The notes below the pieces were generated by a model. The model saw only the letters and a list, made by a program, of their open reading frames with translations, did no database searches and had not been told where the DNA came from. A stretch of DNA of 64,000 bases, taken from positions 15,087,884 to 15,151,883 of the forward strand of contig NC_092371.1 of NCBI RefSeq assembly GCF_030028105.1. Direction: 5' to 3'. Each line of letters starts with the position of its first letter. Position 1 is the stretch's first letter. This stretch comes from Mobula birostris (lineage: Eukaryota). Positions 49,680 through 62,889 of this stretch are shown here, one piece after another. A program made the position numbers and the translations under genes.

Positions 49680-50525
49680 GAAGACAAACTGGAGGAATGG
49701 ACAAAAACTTAGCAGATAGAATACAGTGTTGGGAAATGTATGATAATGCATTTTGGTAAAAGGGACAGTAGTCTGGACAATTATCTAATGGAGAGGCGGT
49801 TCAAACATCAGAGGTGCAGAGGGACTTACGCATCCTCGGGCAAGACTTCCAGAAAGTTAATTAACAGGTTGAGTCTTGGTAAAGAAGGTAAATGTAATGT
49901 TCGTATTTATTTCAAGGAGAATAGAATATAAAACCAAGGAGATAATGCTGAACCTGTATAAGACAATAGTCACGCCGCAGTTGGAGTATTGTCAACGGTT
50001 TTTGGCCCCATGTCTCAAAAAGGATGCGTTGTCATTGGACAGAGTCCAGCGAAGGTTTACGATGATGACTCCGGGAATGAAGGGGCTAACATATGAGGAC
50101 TGTCTGGCAGCTTTAGGCCGATATTCACTGGAATTTAGAAGAATGGGTGGACATCTCATTGACACCTACCGAATGTTGAAAGGACTAGATACAGTGAATG
50201 TTTCCTATATTGGGCGTATGCAGAATAAAAGGGCACAGCCTCTAAATTGACGTGCGACATTTTAGAACAGAGGTAAGGAGGAATGTTTTAGCCAGAGTAG
50301 TGAAACTGTGGAATGCACTGCCATAGACTGCAATGGAGGCCAAGTCCGTGGATATATTTAAGGCGACAGTTGATCGTTTCCTGATCGGTCAAGGTGAGAA
50401 GGATATGTCGAGAAGGCAGGTGCATGGGGTTGAATGGGATCTGGGATCTAGCATGATGGAATGGCAGAGCACACTCGATGGACTGAATGGTCTAATTCTG
50501 CTCCTATACCTTATGGTCTTATGAC
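49680..50525 (+). mobile_element. CR1 LINE 3' fragment
   Basis: MLNLYKTIVTPQLEYCQRF.AP.LKKD..SLDRVQRRFT, ending in a CR1-type 3' UTR. Confidence 0.87.
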
Positions 50526-50574
50526 CTAAGTACAACAGAACAGATATTCAATCTCCCAGTACTGTGCGACCATC

Positions 50575-51650
50575 AGGACATTTCCCATGTGTTCATACAC
50601 TTCAAAAAGGCACTCGATAGGATATGGCATGTTGCACTGTGGGCTCCGATGAAGAGATACAACATGGGCCAAAAGTTGATCCAAACCATCAAGCAGCTCC
50701 ACTTCAAAGCTATCAGTACGGTACTTGTTCAAGACACAGTCAGGCAGTGTTTGTAAACATCAGTTGGAGTTCGACAATGCAGCCTCCTTTCACCCGATGT
50801 TCAATATTTTCCTGGAGCAAATAATGACAGCTGCTCTAGAAGACCATATCGGCACAGTCAGCATCGGAGAACAGATGAGGCTCGCCGATAACATTCATGC
50901 CCCAATAGGAAATGAGGATGAATCGGTCTGCACGATACATCTAGCAGATAAGGCATGGAGATCAGGCTGAGAAAGCCAAACTGATTAGAAATATTGAGGA
51001 GCTAATCACGACAACAATCACAGTCAGTAGACTGTCAAACGGTTCAAGTATCTTGCTGCCATCACCAACCAAGAAGGATCAAAGCCTGAAGTCCTTGCAA
51101 GAAAAGCCCGAACAGCAGCAACGCTGGTTAAACTAAAACCGATCTGGGAATACAATGACATCGCTCTCAGATCCAAGTTGAAACTCTTGCATTTGCTCTC
51201 CATCTTGTTCTATGCATGCGAATATGGACTTTGACAGCAGAACTGCAAAAGAAATTCCAGACAGTAGAAATGAGATGCTTCAAAAGGCTCCTCGGCATCT
51301 CCTATACAGACCATTGTCAGAAGACGAAGTATGAAGAACCATCACTCAGCACATGAGACACTACGAATTTTTGCCGTCCACGGTAAAGAAGAGAAAACTG
51401 AGATGGCATGGCCACGGAAGAAGATCAAGAGGACTCTCAAAGACCATTCTTCAGGGAAAGGCGCGGGAGAAAAGGAAAAGGGGCAGGCAGAGGAAGAAAT
51501 AGGCAGACAACATTTTAGAGTAGACAGGAGATACATTTGCTGCACCCCAGGCACTCGCCCACAACAGTGAGAGATGGAGGCAACTGGCGCAGCACTCATA
51601 TGTTCTGTGTCCTTGCACCCCAAGCGAGCTGCGCGATCGGGAAACGGAAC
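50575..51650 (+). mobile_element. RTE-clade LINE fragment (RT C-terminal half)
   Basis: Decayed F.DFKKA.DR.WH..LW..MK.YN, SVGVRQC.LL.P..FNIFLEQIMT.ALEDH.GTVSIG, and ACE.WTLTAELQK.IQ..EMRC are typical RTE/BovB-like motifs. Confidence 0.8.
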
Positions 51651-51769
51651 AGTAACATCCGTTCATACTCTCACGGCATCCTTTCTGTTCTTCTGTAAAT
51701 ATGTTATGGTTATTTAAGTGAGTAGTGATTAGATGTGAGATGCATGATGTTACAATTTTATATAGAGAT

Positions 51770-53450
51770 TGTAAAGAAGTAGCACGACGACATTTTGTTG
51801 AATCGTTTGTGATTTCTCCTTTAGGTAACAGATATTTTTACATCCTGTGAAAAATTCAGTCACTTTTTCAGGACTTTTAAGAAAATTGCTGATATGTATT
51901 AGTAAGTACGGGTGAATGCAAGAAAATTGTTAGACCAATAATTATGCATATTATCACTGCCATTACTTTTCAAGTTGTATTTTTATAATCACTTTTAGTA
52001 CATCCATTGTAACTTCAGCTATTTGCATTTCTTCATTTCTCCGACTGCATTCATTTTTCTCCTCATCCAGCTTGCTTCTTGATTATGCGTCACCATATTT
52101 GCCCAGCTTTTAGACCAAAAGTTCATTATCTCTGTGTTTGGTGGGAATTCTGTGCTAGAGTATGTGACAAAATCCTTTTTCATTCCTTCTGAACTGGTAA
52201 TTCTGTTTTCTTCATCTGGCGCATTTCATTTATCCTGCTCTTCTGGCTTTGTGTGCACCAAGCTTTCGTTTCAGTGTTCCGATGAATTCTACAATGCTTT
52301 TATTTGATTGACATTATCATGTATGGACCTTATACTTCCTCAGTAAATGCAACTTTCTTGCTCGAGTTGAATTTATTAATATTCCATCTGGCAGGCTAGT
52401 TCCGCTCTAAGTTTTTGATTTTGTTTCTTAATCTCTATACCGTTTAGGTGTTCTCGTTTCATTATTCAGTTTGTGGATATCTATGAATGAGTATCTCTAT
52501 TTTGGAGCCATTGCACTGCACTGCTGTTACTGTTGCACTGTCTGTTATTGGGTGTAGTTCTTCAAATGTTTCAAGTTAAGTATTCCTAAATATTGTTGTA
52601 ATATAATATTGTTGAGACTATAAATAACCTTTGCAAAATTTGATGACGTATTTTGTTTCGGTATGCAGAGTCGTTTTGTTCGGTTAGTGTCTATATATTC
52701 TGTTCCTATGGTGCTAAATATTTGGATAATTTTCTCTGTAAACAACTTCTTCAACAGCATTCTGCGAAGGCTGTACATCTGTGTTATTGCTGTTTCTATC
52801 AGGTTCTAGAGCAAATGAAGTAATTGTATTTTCATCAACGCATCGGCGGATTGCATCTTCGTTACTTACTTGCATAATATTGCTATAGTCTTTAGATTAG
52901 TTTCTTCCTAGGTGTTGTGTAACTGCACGTTTTACTTGGTTTAACATATCTATAGGCATCAAGTTTATTTTTTCAATTAATGCTCCACGCTGATCTGCTC
53001 TTCGTTGTACATTTACTTGCATGAAGGGATATTGTGCGATAAACTGTTGATGAAGTTTCTCCTTGTATGTTATCTTGCCGCCCTCAAGTTTCATTAATCG
53101 ATAACTTATGCGCATTATGAATGTGTTTATGTATAATAACTATTTGCGTGTCTTTCTTCTCGTAACTGCTTGAGGGGATTCAGTTCTAGGTGGCCTGTTC
53201 CATTCAGTAACACCTGCAACAGTCGCAGACTGTGGTGTTGGTGGGCTACTTTGAAAGCTGGCTGAATCTTTTTCGGTATTCCCGGTGCCTGACTGCCTAT
53301 TATAAGTGCACCAGTAACGGTTTGCTTATTGCGCTTACTGTCACGCACAGCGCTAGCTTCAGGCATCCCCCAGCAATCCCCAAGAGGTGACTGCAGTATT
53401 CTATTCAGTGGACATCTCTCCATTTCTAAAGTGAAAGGGTATTCCTTTTT
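51770..53450 (-). mobile_element. R4/Dong-like element 5' half (N-terminus to start of RT), decayed
   Basis: SPLGDCWGMPEASAVRDS (N-terminus), MRISYRLMKLE...YKEKLHQQFIAQYP..QVNVQRRADQR..., KQNYQFRRNEKGF and IHPYLL.HISNFLKSPEKVTEFFTG follow the domain order of R4-clade ORFs. Confidence 0.65.
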
Positions 53451-53474
53451 ATACCTACAGTCAGCAACTCCTGT

Positions 53475-53710
53475 ATAGCCCTAATTGTTTAATGTTATTG
53501 TGTAGAGTCTTTGGGATGACACCATCTGTACATATTACTATTGGGTCAATGTATACCCTGTTTCAATATCCTCTTTTAATTCAGCATATTCTTTGTGTTT
53601 TTCTCTTATTGATTTCGGTATGCTTATATGTGTTTGGAATGGCTATATCTATTAACTGGTTGTTCTTACTGTTTGATATTATTATTGTTATTTTATATTC
53701 TGTAATTTGC
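53475..53710 (-). mobile_element. R4/Dong-like restriction-like endonuclease (RLE) fragment
   Basis: LIDIAIPNT...EKHKEYAELKEDIE...VYIDPIVICTDGVIPKTLHNNIKQLGLY matches the C-terminal PD-(D/E)xK RLE domain. Confidence 0.75.
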
Positions 53711-54499
53711 ATAGTTTGTTGCCTTTTGCAACTTGGTTGCTTGTCCATCCCGTTGAGTGCGGTCTTTCTTTGATTCTCTTGTGTTTCTTGCATTGACTGA
53801 CTATGCTTGCAAGAAAACTCATCTGAAGGTTGCAAATGATAACATGTCTGCCCCTTGGTAATAATTTGACTTAGAACTTCGAGGAAAGGTCATGCTCGAA
53901 GTTCTATAACTGACCATGTGATGGCAGTAGAGACTAGACGGGGCGGGGGGGGAGGGTGACAGTCGGCCTCAAGCTTGACAAACAAGATTCAGCTGTGCAA
54001 AATAGAGGGAGGATTGCGTTTTATGGCGCCTGTCACAATTTGAGACACTCCTAAAATCACTCTAAAGCAGTACCAGTTAATGAATTGGTGAGCTGTATTC
54101 ACCTCTGAAATATTAGGAACAGAGCAGCCAATGTAATTGGGATCATCTGTTTTGTTCGGCGTCTCTGCTCTCTGAAAAAAAAATTCCCTGCTCTCCCCGA
54201 AGAGTGGTGTTAGATTATTCACATCAATCTACGATATAGAACAAGTTTTTCATTGAATGCAATGTCTATCAATGTGGTGCATCAGCAGTGGTGCCGTATA
54301 CCCTCCATGTCCCTTCATTTGTCCCACATCCTGACATTGCTACCTTACTCCCTTCTTCTCTTACCTTCGGCATATTTCTGATTTCTGGGTAAGAAAGCAT
54401 TCCGTACTACGACAATTCAAATGACGCAAATGAAGCAGGGTGACCAGCTCATTTGCACAGGTTCAGGGAGGCAATTATACTCTGTAGATTTTGAAGTGT

Positions 54500-54830
54500 A
54501 TTAATGTTGACGGGTGCAGATAGGATATATGCAAGCAGGCTTTTCCACTGAGTTTGAGTGAGCCCAAAACCAGAGGTCATAAGTTAAGGGTAAGAGGTGA
54601 AATATTTAAGAAGAACATGACGGGGTATTTCTTCATTTAGGGGGAGGTGAGAGTGTGGAAAGAGTTGCCAGCGGAATTGGTAGATTTCAATATTTAAGGG
54701 AAGCTTATATAAGAACTCAGATGGTGGGGGGGGCGTTATGGAGAGCTATAGACCAGGCGCAGGTCCATGGGACGAATTAGAATATCAGTTCGGCACTGTT
54801 TCTGTGCTGCAGTGCTCTGTGAATCTATCT
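54500..54830 (+). mobile_element. CR1 3'-end fragment
   Basis: accagaggtcataagttaagggtaagagg...ggaaagagttgccagcgg...gtttctgtgctgcagtgctct, CR1 tail pattern. Confidence 0.7.
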
Positions 54831-54869
54831 ACTCTATGCCAGAAGACACTGGTAACGTCAGCAGTTTAA

Positions 54870-54940
54870 AGAAACAGGCCACGTCAATAGATACGTAATT
54901 CAGACAACGGAACCTCCTACGTGGGAACATGAAGGTTATT
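54870..54940 (+). mobile_element. Possible BEL/Pao LTR integrase relic
   Basis: RPRQ*IRNSDNGTSYVGT resembles the RG.P..I.SDNGTNFVG integrase motif; very short, so it could be chance. Confidence 0.3.
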
Positions 54941-55099
54941 CAACGACTTGTCCCTGATATACAGGAAATGAAAGAGCCATTCGCTCCGTCACACGCTTTT
55001 CCCAGGCAGCATCGGAAATCATCCAAACCCAAAGTCCGTTGCGTTAAACAGAAGCAGCGGGTCTACGCTATAATCGCATCAAGCCTGACGTTTCAACCC

Positions 55100-57700
55100 A
55101 TTTAGTCCACTCCGAGACCATGTAAACTGCCTACACCCATCGACCTGGACCTCGACCATAGCCTTCCATACTCCTACTACCGATATACCTATCCAAAATT
55201 GGTCGAACTTTGAAAGCGAACTTGCAGGCACTACTTGTGCTGGCAGCTCATTCTTCACTCTCACGGCTCTAAGTGAAGAAGTTCCTCCTCATGTTCCCCT
55301 TAAACTGTTCACTTTTCATCCTTAACACATGACCCCTGTTCGCTATCCCACCAGACCATAATAGGAAATGCCTGCTTGCATTTACTCTATCTGCACTCCT
55401 CATAATTTGCCATACCTCTATAAAATCTCCCCTCATTCTTCTAGGTTCCATGGAATAAAGTCCTAATCTATTCAATCTTTCCTTATAACTGAGGTCCTCC
55501 AGAACTGGCAACATTCTTGTTCTTTTTTCTGCATTTCCTGTAGATAGATGACCAAACCTGCACACAGTACTCCAAACTAGGCCTCATACAACTTATATGT
55601 CTTATACAACTTCAACATAGCATTCCAATCTCCTGCCCTCAGTACCATAATTCGTGAAGGCCATGCGCCAAAAGGTTTCTTTACGGCCCTATCAACCTCT
55701 GACGCCGCTTTCAACAAATTATGGACTTGTATTCCCAGATCGCTTTCTTCCACCATACTCCTCTGGTAAGACCTAACCTGTTTGGTCCTACGGAAGTACA
55801 CAATCTTGCACTTGTCTGTACTAAGTTCCATCTGCTATTTTTCAACCTATTTTTCTAGCTGATCCAGATCCCTCTGGAAGCCATGATAGCCTTCCTCGCG
55901 TCCACTACACCCCGATCTTTGTGTCATCTGCAAATTTGCTGATTCCGTTAACCACATTATCGTTCATATCGCTGATATGGGTGACAAACAACAACGGACC
56001 CAGCGCCTATATCTGCAGCACATCACTCTTCGCAGGCCTCCAGCTAGAGAGGCAACCGTCTACTGACACTTTCTGTCCTCTCCCACAATTCTGATCTTTG
56101 ATCCAATTTACAACCTAATCTTGAATGGCGAGCGACTGAACCATTTGACCATTCGAACATGCAGGACCTTGTCAAATGCCTTGCTACAGTCCATTTAGAC
56201 AGAATCCGTTGCCTTGCCTTCATCCACGTTCTTGCAACCTTCTCGAAAAACTCTACCTACCACGCACGACCGACGAGGAAGTTATTTAAACTCAATGACC
56301 GTTTTATTTTGTGATAAACACAAAGCAGACCGGGCACCAGGACCCGGAGAGAGAACTCAGCCAGTCTCAGACAGACGGAGAGGTAACCATCACACATCCC
56401 GGTTACATTTAGGGTCACCCACAATGACCAGTGTTGATCATTAGAAACGCAGGTGCAGGCTGTCGACCACACCCCCGGAGCGTCACAATACATCCAGTCT
56501 CGAAGAATGCCTTCCAATAGCTTTCCCACGCCGGTCTATACTTTCCAGGTTTATGTTTAGAGCTTTACTTAAACAGTAGAGCAATACTGGCTATTCAATC
56601 CTCTAGTACGTCTCCTGTCGCCAAAGATGTTTTAGGTATCTCTACTAGGGCCACGACAATTTCTCCGCTTACCTCCCGTAGGGTCCGAGGGAATGCCTTG
56701 TCAGGTCCTGGGGGTTTATCCACCCTGATTTGCCTCAGGACAGCAAACATCTCCTCCTCTCTAAACTGTAAAGGGTCCATGAAGTTGGTGCTACTTTGCC
56801 TCACTTTTATATACTCTCTGCCCAGCTCTTCAGTAAATACAAATGCAAAAAATTAAGACTTTTCCCATTTCTTTTGGCTCCACACATGGGCTACCATTCT
56901 GTTCTTCCAGAGGATCAATTTGTCCTTTGCAATCCTTTTGTTCTTAGCATATATGTAGAATCCCTGTGGATTCGCCCTCATTTTGTTTGCTAGGGCATCT
57001 TCTTGTCTTCTTTTCGACCTCCTGATTTTTTTTCTTAAATGTTCTCTAGTAGTTCTTATACTCCATTCGCACGCTATTAGTTCCTACCTACAGATACGTG
57101 CACCTCATTTATTCTTCTGAACAAGAGCCTCAATATCTGTAGAAAATCAAGGTTCCCTACACTTTTTTTCTTTACCTATTATTCTGGTAGGTACGTACAA
57201 GCTTTGTACTCTCGAAAGTTCACTTTTGAAGGCCTCCCACTTTTCAAGTACACTTTTGCCAGAAAACAAGCCAGATCATTTCTCATACCATCAAAATTAG
57301 CCGTTCTCCAATTTAGATTCTCAACCCGCAGACCAGACCATTTTTTCCATCCTTACTTTGAACTTACTGGCGTGGTGATCACGAGCTGCAATGTGTTCCC
57401 CTGCACAAACTTCTGTCGCTTACCCTGACTCATTCCCAAATAGCAAATCAAGTACTGCACAGTCTCTCGTTGGGAATTCAACGTACTGATTAAGGAAACT
57501 TTCCTGAACAAATTTGACAAGCTCTATTCCATCTAGTCTTTTGAAAGCATGGGAGTCCCAGCCGATATGCGGCAAGTTAAAGTCACCTACTCTTGCAACC
57601 TTATGTTTCGTGTAACAGTCTGCGATGTCTCTTCAGATTTGTTCCTCTAAATCTCTCCGGCTGTTGAGTGGTCTGTAATGTAACCCTGTTACTGTGATCA
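55100..57700 (-). mobile_element. CR1 ORF2 remnants (APE-linker-RT), fragmented
   Basis: MLPVLEDLSYKERLNRLGLYS, IRVDKPPGPDK.FPRTLREV and GKLLEGILRD pieces on the minus strand. Confidence 0.82.
56270..56487 (-). mobile_element. Possible solo-LTR-like insert inside the CR1
   Basis: A non-CR1 segment that starts TGTGAC on the minus strand and contains AATAAA. It replaces a short stretch of CR1 RT; no clear terminal CA or TSD. Confidence 0.3.
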
Positions 57701-58789
57701 TACATTTTTTTTATTTCTCAGCTCATCTCACCGCCTGTCCTGCGATACATCTTGCATTGAAATATACGCAGCTCAGGACACTAGTGGCATAGTGCCCAAA
57801 CATTGTCTGAGGTCTTATCAAAATCTGTCTCCACAACCACTCCACTAACTGTTCTGGCACTCGGGTTCCCAAACCCTGCAACTCTAGGTCAAACCTTGGC
57901 ACACCTCCCCCCGTGCAGCAAACCTTCTCTCTCGAATATAAGTTCATATTATGTTATTCAATCATACACATCTGTGAAGCAGAACTAAACATGCGGAACA
58001 TCGCTCCTTTCGGGCCACGGTAACAAAGCACAGTATATATAGTCACACACAGCACGTATAGTTACGATACAGCACAATACAGTCACAAAACAATATTAGC
58101 ACGAGTCCCTGAGTGGCATGGCTTGCCGACTTACGCAGCACGTCCTGCAGCTACGTTTCTATTAGAATAGACCCAGCAGTTCCTCGTCTGATCAGTCGCT
58201 GCTTACTTCATATCTCAGGGAAAAGGGGAAGTTTTTTTAATTGGTGTAATTAATAGATGCTGGTGTTCACAGAGATGTCCTGTACTGACTCATGAACCGG
58301 ATACACATAACATCAGGGTAAGTAAACGGTTCGGAATGCACATATTCACCTTTGGAAGAGCGTTAGATAGTGTGACTGTAGATGCGCTATAACTCAACAG
58401 GTCTTTGCTGAAACAAACTAGCCAGAGGATACGAGACTGTTGTGGGTCGCGACCCGAAGCCTCGAATGTTTATTTCCCTCCGTCGATGCTGCCTGACCTG
58501 CTTAGCTCGGTCTTAGTGTCAGGGGTGACTTGGCAATGCAGATGGCGTGGTCTAGTTTAAGGAGGCTGGCCGGTGAGAAGAGAATGACAGAGAACAGTCA
58601 CACACGCTGGAGTTTGTTAAATTTGAGGTTACCATGCTGAAAGGCCAACTGTGCTTCCTCTGGCTGGGGAGTCCAACGATGGGGGCCAGGATAAGGACTC
58701 CAACGTGACTCAACTCGTTCATTCAGACGATTGTGGGTTCTGGAGTTTCAACGCTTAGTTGATCGCCGAGCAGTCACATTTTGTTTCGC

Positions 58790-59790
58790 TTTGTGTTTTA
58801 ATAGGTTCCTCCGCAAAGTTGAATTCGTTTTGTGAGCAATTTTGATGTTGCGTTTCTGAAGCAGTCTTGCTGCCACCTCCGAGACGTTCTTTACATACCG
58901 CAATACAATTCGCGAATTCGTCCTTCGTGCAGTTTGCATATTCGGGTTTCTGACCTTAAGCACCGTCGGATGAAGTTTCTTGGATGACAGTTCTGTTGAA
59001 AAGTCTTGAAGAGGCGTGTTTCTTTTTTCAGTTTTGTGTTGTGGTGTTGCAATAGGACTCAGTCCTCTTGAATGCAACTTTGAGGAAGAAACTATTAAAA
59101 CTCGAAGTGCAACAGAATGCGACTGATGGAAAGAATGTTATCTACAAAATCCAGTCTAGTCTTTGCAACAAGCAGTACGTTAGTCAAACAGAAAGAAAAC
59201 TATTGCCCAGGCAACACGAGCATCAGCCAGCGAGCAGAAGGCAGCGAGATACTAGCGCACTCTCGCTAGTATCAGCTCATGAAGACGAAGAAGAATACTA
59301 GTTCAATTGGACGACAGCCAGGATCTTGACGCAAGCAAGAACAAGAAAAGAACGAGAATTTCTCGAAGCGTGGTTCTCTACAGAACGAAACCTCAACAAA
59401 CACATCGACATAGATCCGATATATGAACCCTTATGGAGAAAAGAGAACAACGACCTCAGCAATCAACGACTCGCCAGTAATCTCGGGATCTGGACAGCTA
59501 AGCAAACACTTCCAACTGACCTCCCTGGAAGCCAGACAGAATCTTCTACCGCTGAACTGTTCACAGCGTTCTGAACCAGCCAACCAGATCACGACGAATA
59601 ATCAATATCCACCCTGGGGGAAGTATAAAAGCCGCCATTCTGGGGAGACAACACCAACTGCGAGCTTATGAAGGCTTCTCGATTGGAGCCGAGACGACTG
59701 CACACTTCTGCGAAGCTCAGCGATCAAACAACCCTCCAGATAACCAGCCTGAGCAACCATAATTCCGCTAGATTCAAACGTGTTCTGTAT
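58790..59790. mobile_element. Penelope-like (Poseidon-type) element with inverted segment
   Basis: Minus: VLRYVKNVSEVAARLLQKRNIKIAHKTNSTLRRNLLK. Plus: NATLRKKLLK...NVIYKIQ...KQYVSQTERKL..RQHEHQ...REFLEAWFS...NKHIDIDPIYEPL (GIY-YIG), followed by a terminal repeat. Confidence 0.8.
59665..59700 (+). ncRNA. Degenerate hammerhead ribozyme relic in a PLE terminal repeat
   Basis: CTTATGA-A-GGCTTC-TCGATT-GGAGCC-GAGAC: stem II pairs, and the core deviates from CUGANGA...GAAA at two positions. Confidence 0.45.
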
Positions 59791-59989
59791 CACAGAATGT
59801 CCACAAGCGTGACAAACTGGAAATAACGGAAAGGCTTTATCGGCCTTTGTTTCAAGACTACTTGAGTACATAGTAAAGAGATATGACCGCATTTATATTG
59901 GACCCAAGTGGCAGCGCCATTGGAATATTGTGCTTAGAGCTGACCTTTCCAGTCATGGAATGGAGAAATGTTCTAGAGTCAGAGATTCG

Positions 59990-60620
59990 TACAGCAAGGA
60001 AACAGGGCCTTCGGCCTGACGAGTTGCCCATCTAAACCAATCCAATTTGCCTTTGTTTGATCCATATCTCTCCAAATTGTCCTATCCATCTACCTGTCAA
60101 ATGGCTTTTAAGTGGTAGTATCGTACTGCCACAACACCTTGCCCTGGTAGCTCTTTCCATACCCTTTACCCCTCTGTGTGGAAAAGGTTGCTTCTTGAGT
60201 TTTTATTCAATATTTCCCATTCATCTTACGTCTGCGCCCTCTAGTTCTTGATTCTCCAGTCCGGTTTTTAAAAAAAAACTGTCAGCATTCATCCGATCTA
60301 TGCCCCCTCGCGATTTCATACACATCTTTATGACAGCCCTTCAGTCTCTTACGTTCTAAGGGTTAAAGTCATAACCTGCCCAACCTCTCTTCATCACCCG
60401 GTCATCGAGCCCTGGCAACGTTTTCGTAAATCTCGACGGCACCCTTTTCTATAGCAGGGTACCCAAAGCTGAATATGATATTCCAAATTGGACCTCGTCA
60501 ACGACCATGTAAATACAGCCTGGCATCCCAACCCCTGTACTCAATGTCCGACTAATAAAAGCCATCGCGCCAAATGTCATCTTCGTCACCCTGTCTACCC
60601 GTGACGTCACTTTCGGGTGT
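59990..60620 (-). mobile_element. CR1 3'-end fragment
   Basis: acagggccttcggcc tail signature and VTSRVDRV.KM.FG.MAFISR remnant. Confidence 0.72.
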
Positions 60621-61379
60621 AGTTTTCTTGGGAGTGAATTCAATTGATAGTTAAGGGTTTTGCGCCAGAAAGTAGCTCTTGGTTAAGTGATAGCCCAAAT
60701 TCTCAATAGGAAAAAAAGAGAAGACGCCAGATCCGAATAGCCGACAGGAATGCGCCAGTCTGTCTTCTTGCGTAAAAACTCACACTACAAGGCTGTCACA
60801 CCTATGCACGAGAGAATCAATTCCTAGGGTGGTGGAGCAGTTCATATGGTTGGGATTTTGTTGATATTTCAGAGCTGATTTCAAGCAAGTAGGACAAATG
60901 CTGATTTCAACAACGGTTAAGATGGCGACTGCGTACAGCGCTCCTTTGGTCGTCATCTTCTAGATAGATCATGAACCCATCTTTTTCATTTCTTTTGAGT
61001 CTTTTACGCTTGTTTCTCGGCTTGAATCTGATTTCGAAACTGTTGAACCCTGTGTTTTGCAGTTTGGAGATTAATTGGGTGCTTCAGCGCTCATCAGTCT
61101 CCGAAAGGATTCCGGGAGGCAGACCGAAGTTCGTAGCGAGCAGGTTGCAGGACGGAGCGCAAGCCGATATTTGGATCCATTTCGCCGACTATAGCTTCCA
61201 ATCTTCGCAGATTAAACCGACGATGGATATTGAAGCATCGAAGCAAGTGCAGAGGGAGAGCGCCAACTGTTTGCCTTTTGACGATTGCTCTGTCGGAAAG
61301 GGGTGAACCTGCCGCTGCTCCCGTAGAGTGGTACCTTGACTTTTACTCCGTTTTGGATGTGGACTTGGACTGCAGGGGA

Positions 61380-61890
61380 AATGGAAATGTGAATAGGTAA
61401 TCAGCGCAGAGCACCCCTGTGGCTATACCACTCATCAATAACTATACCGTTTTGGATGCTGTTCTGGGGGATGACCACCCACGAGAGTGCCACGCAGACC
61501 AAGTTACCGGCACTGAGCATGGGTCCTTGGGGAAGAGCGGAAAGAGGTAAATGAAAGACGTGGTCGTGATACGGGACTCAATAGTCAGAGGAACAGACAG
61601 AATATTCTGCCGACGTGAACGGGATACGAGGATGGTATTTTGCCTCCCGGGTGCCAGGGTCAAGGATGTCACGGATTGTGTCCACGGCATGTTGGAGGAG
61701 AAGGAAGAGCATCCAGATGTCATGGTATTGGTACCAATGATATAGCAAGGAATGCGAGGAAGTCCTGAAGAGAGAATTTAGAGAGATAGGCAGAAAGCAG
61801 AGAAGCAGGACCTCCAGGGTGGTGATCTCTGGATAGCTATTTGTTTAACGCGCCAGTAAGGGTATAAACAAGATGATCTGGCCGATGAAT
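61380..61890 (+). mobile_element. CR1 ORF1 esterase fragment
   Basis: VVIRDSIVRGTDRIFCRRERDTRMVFCLPGARVKDV; homologous to 30700-31210. Confidence 0.85.
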
Positions 61891-62049
61891 ACGTGGCTGA
61901 GAAGCTTTTTAGAGTAGTTTGTCGTTGAGCCTATAAGGGGTATTAGCTATACTGAACTGGGTGGTGTAACTCGGAGACGATTGGGGAGCTGAATTTCGGT
62001 ACGGTTCCACTGTGTTTTGATGGTCAAAAGCGAGCATAGAAGGCATTAA

Positions 62050-62330
62050 ACTCATCTGGAAGCGAAGCCCTTTTGTCACCTATGTCGTTTGACAGCATTT
62101 TGTAAGAAGTAATCGCATTCAAGCCCTGCTACAGCTTCAGAATGTCCTTCAATAATTGAAGTTTGGTTTGGAATTGCCATTTTGTCCGTCCAGGCAATCT
62201 TGTATCATGGTCACTACAAATCTACCCCTTAGCGGACTGCAGATCTCATGGTTCATCCAGGTCTTCTGATTGGCGCAGTTTCTGAATAATTTTGTGGGGC
62301 CATTATCGTCTACGATTAATTAATTAATGA
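62050..62330 (-). mobile_element. Rex1/Babar-like internal fragment
   Basis: The minus strand gives an NQKTWMNHEICSPLR-like remnant (cf. PNQKPWMN). Confidence 0.4.
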
Positions 62331-62889
62331 TTACTTAATAAATCCAGTAGTTTCTGGTCAATGGTCATCACTGAATGTTGATCGGGGAGAATTCAGCAGT
62401 TCTGCGGAAGCAGAGGTACGGTGGAGTGGGGAGATTATTTAATTTCACAGGATAGTGGCCAGATCTTTGCCGTTGAAAGAGGCCATTCGGTGTCCTCTGA
62501 ATGGCGTGAATGACATTTACTTCTAATAGCCTTCCATGGGTATCACAACATGGAACATAGTAGAGCGATTAACATAGTACAGCATACAACATAGAACACA
62601 GATCATAACATACAACATAGAACTCTACAACGTTGTCCTATGGGTCATTGCCTTGCAGATGGGAAATATTTTGAACACTGTGCAGTATCTTGACTTGATA
62701 TGAGAACTGTCCATTTCGCCCCAAAAGATGCTGCCTGACTCACTGAGCTCCTCCAGCGCTAATTGAGTTCTTCCAGATAACAGTGTCTGCCGTACAATTG
62801 TTAATTAACATCCGGAATTCTGATCCTGTGATGGGAACGGTGATTGGTAACGCCGGAAAATGGCTCGCCCCGTTTCGTTGTCCCCCCAC

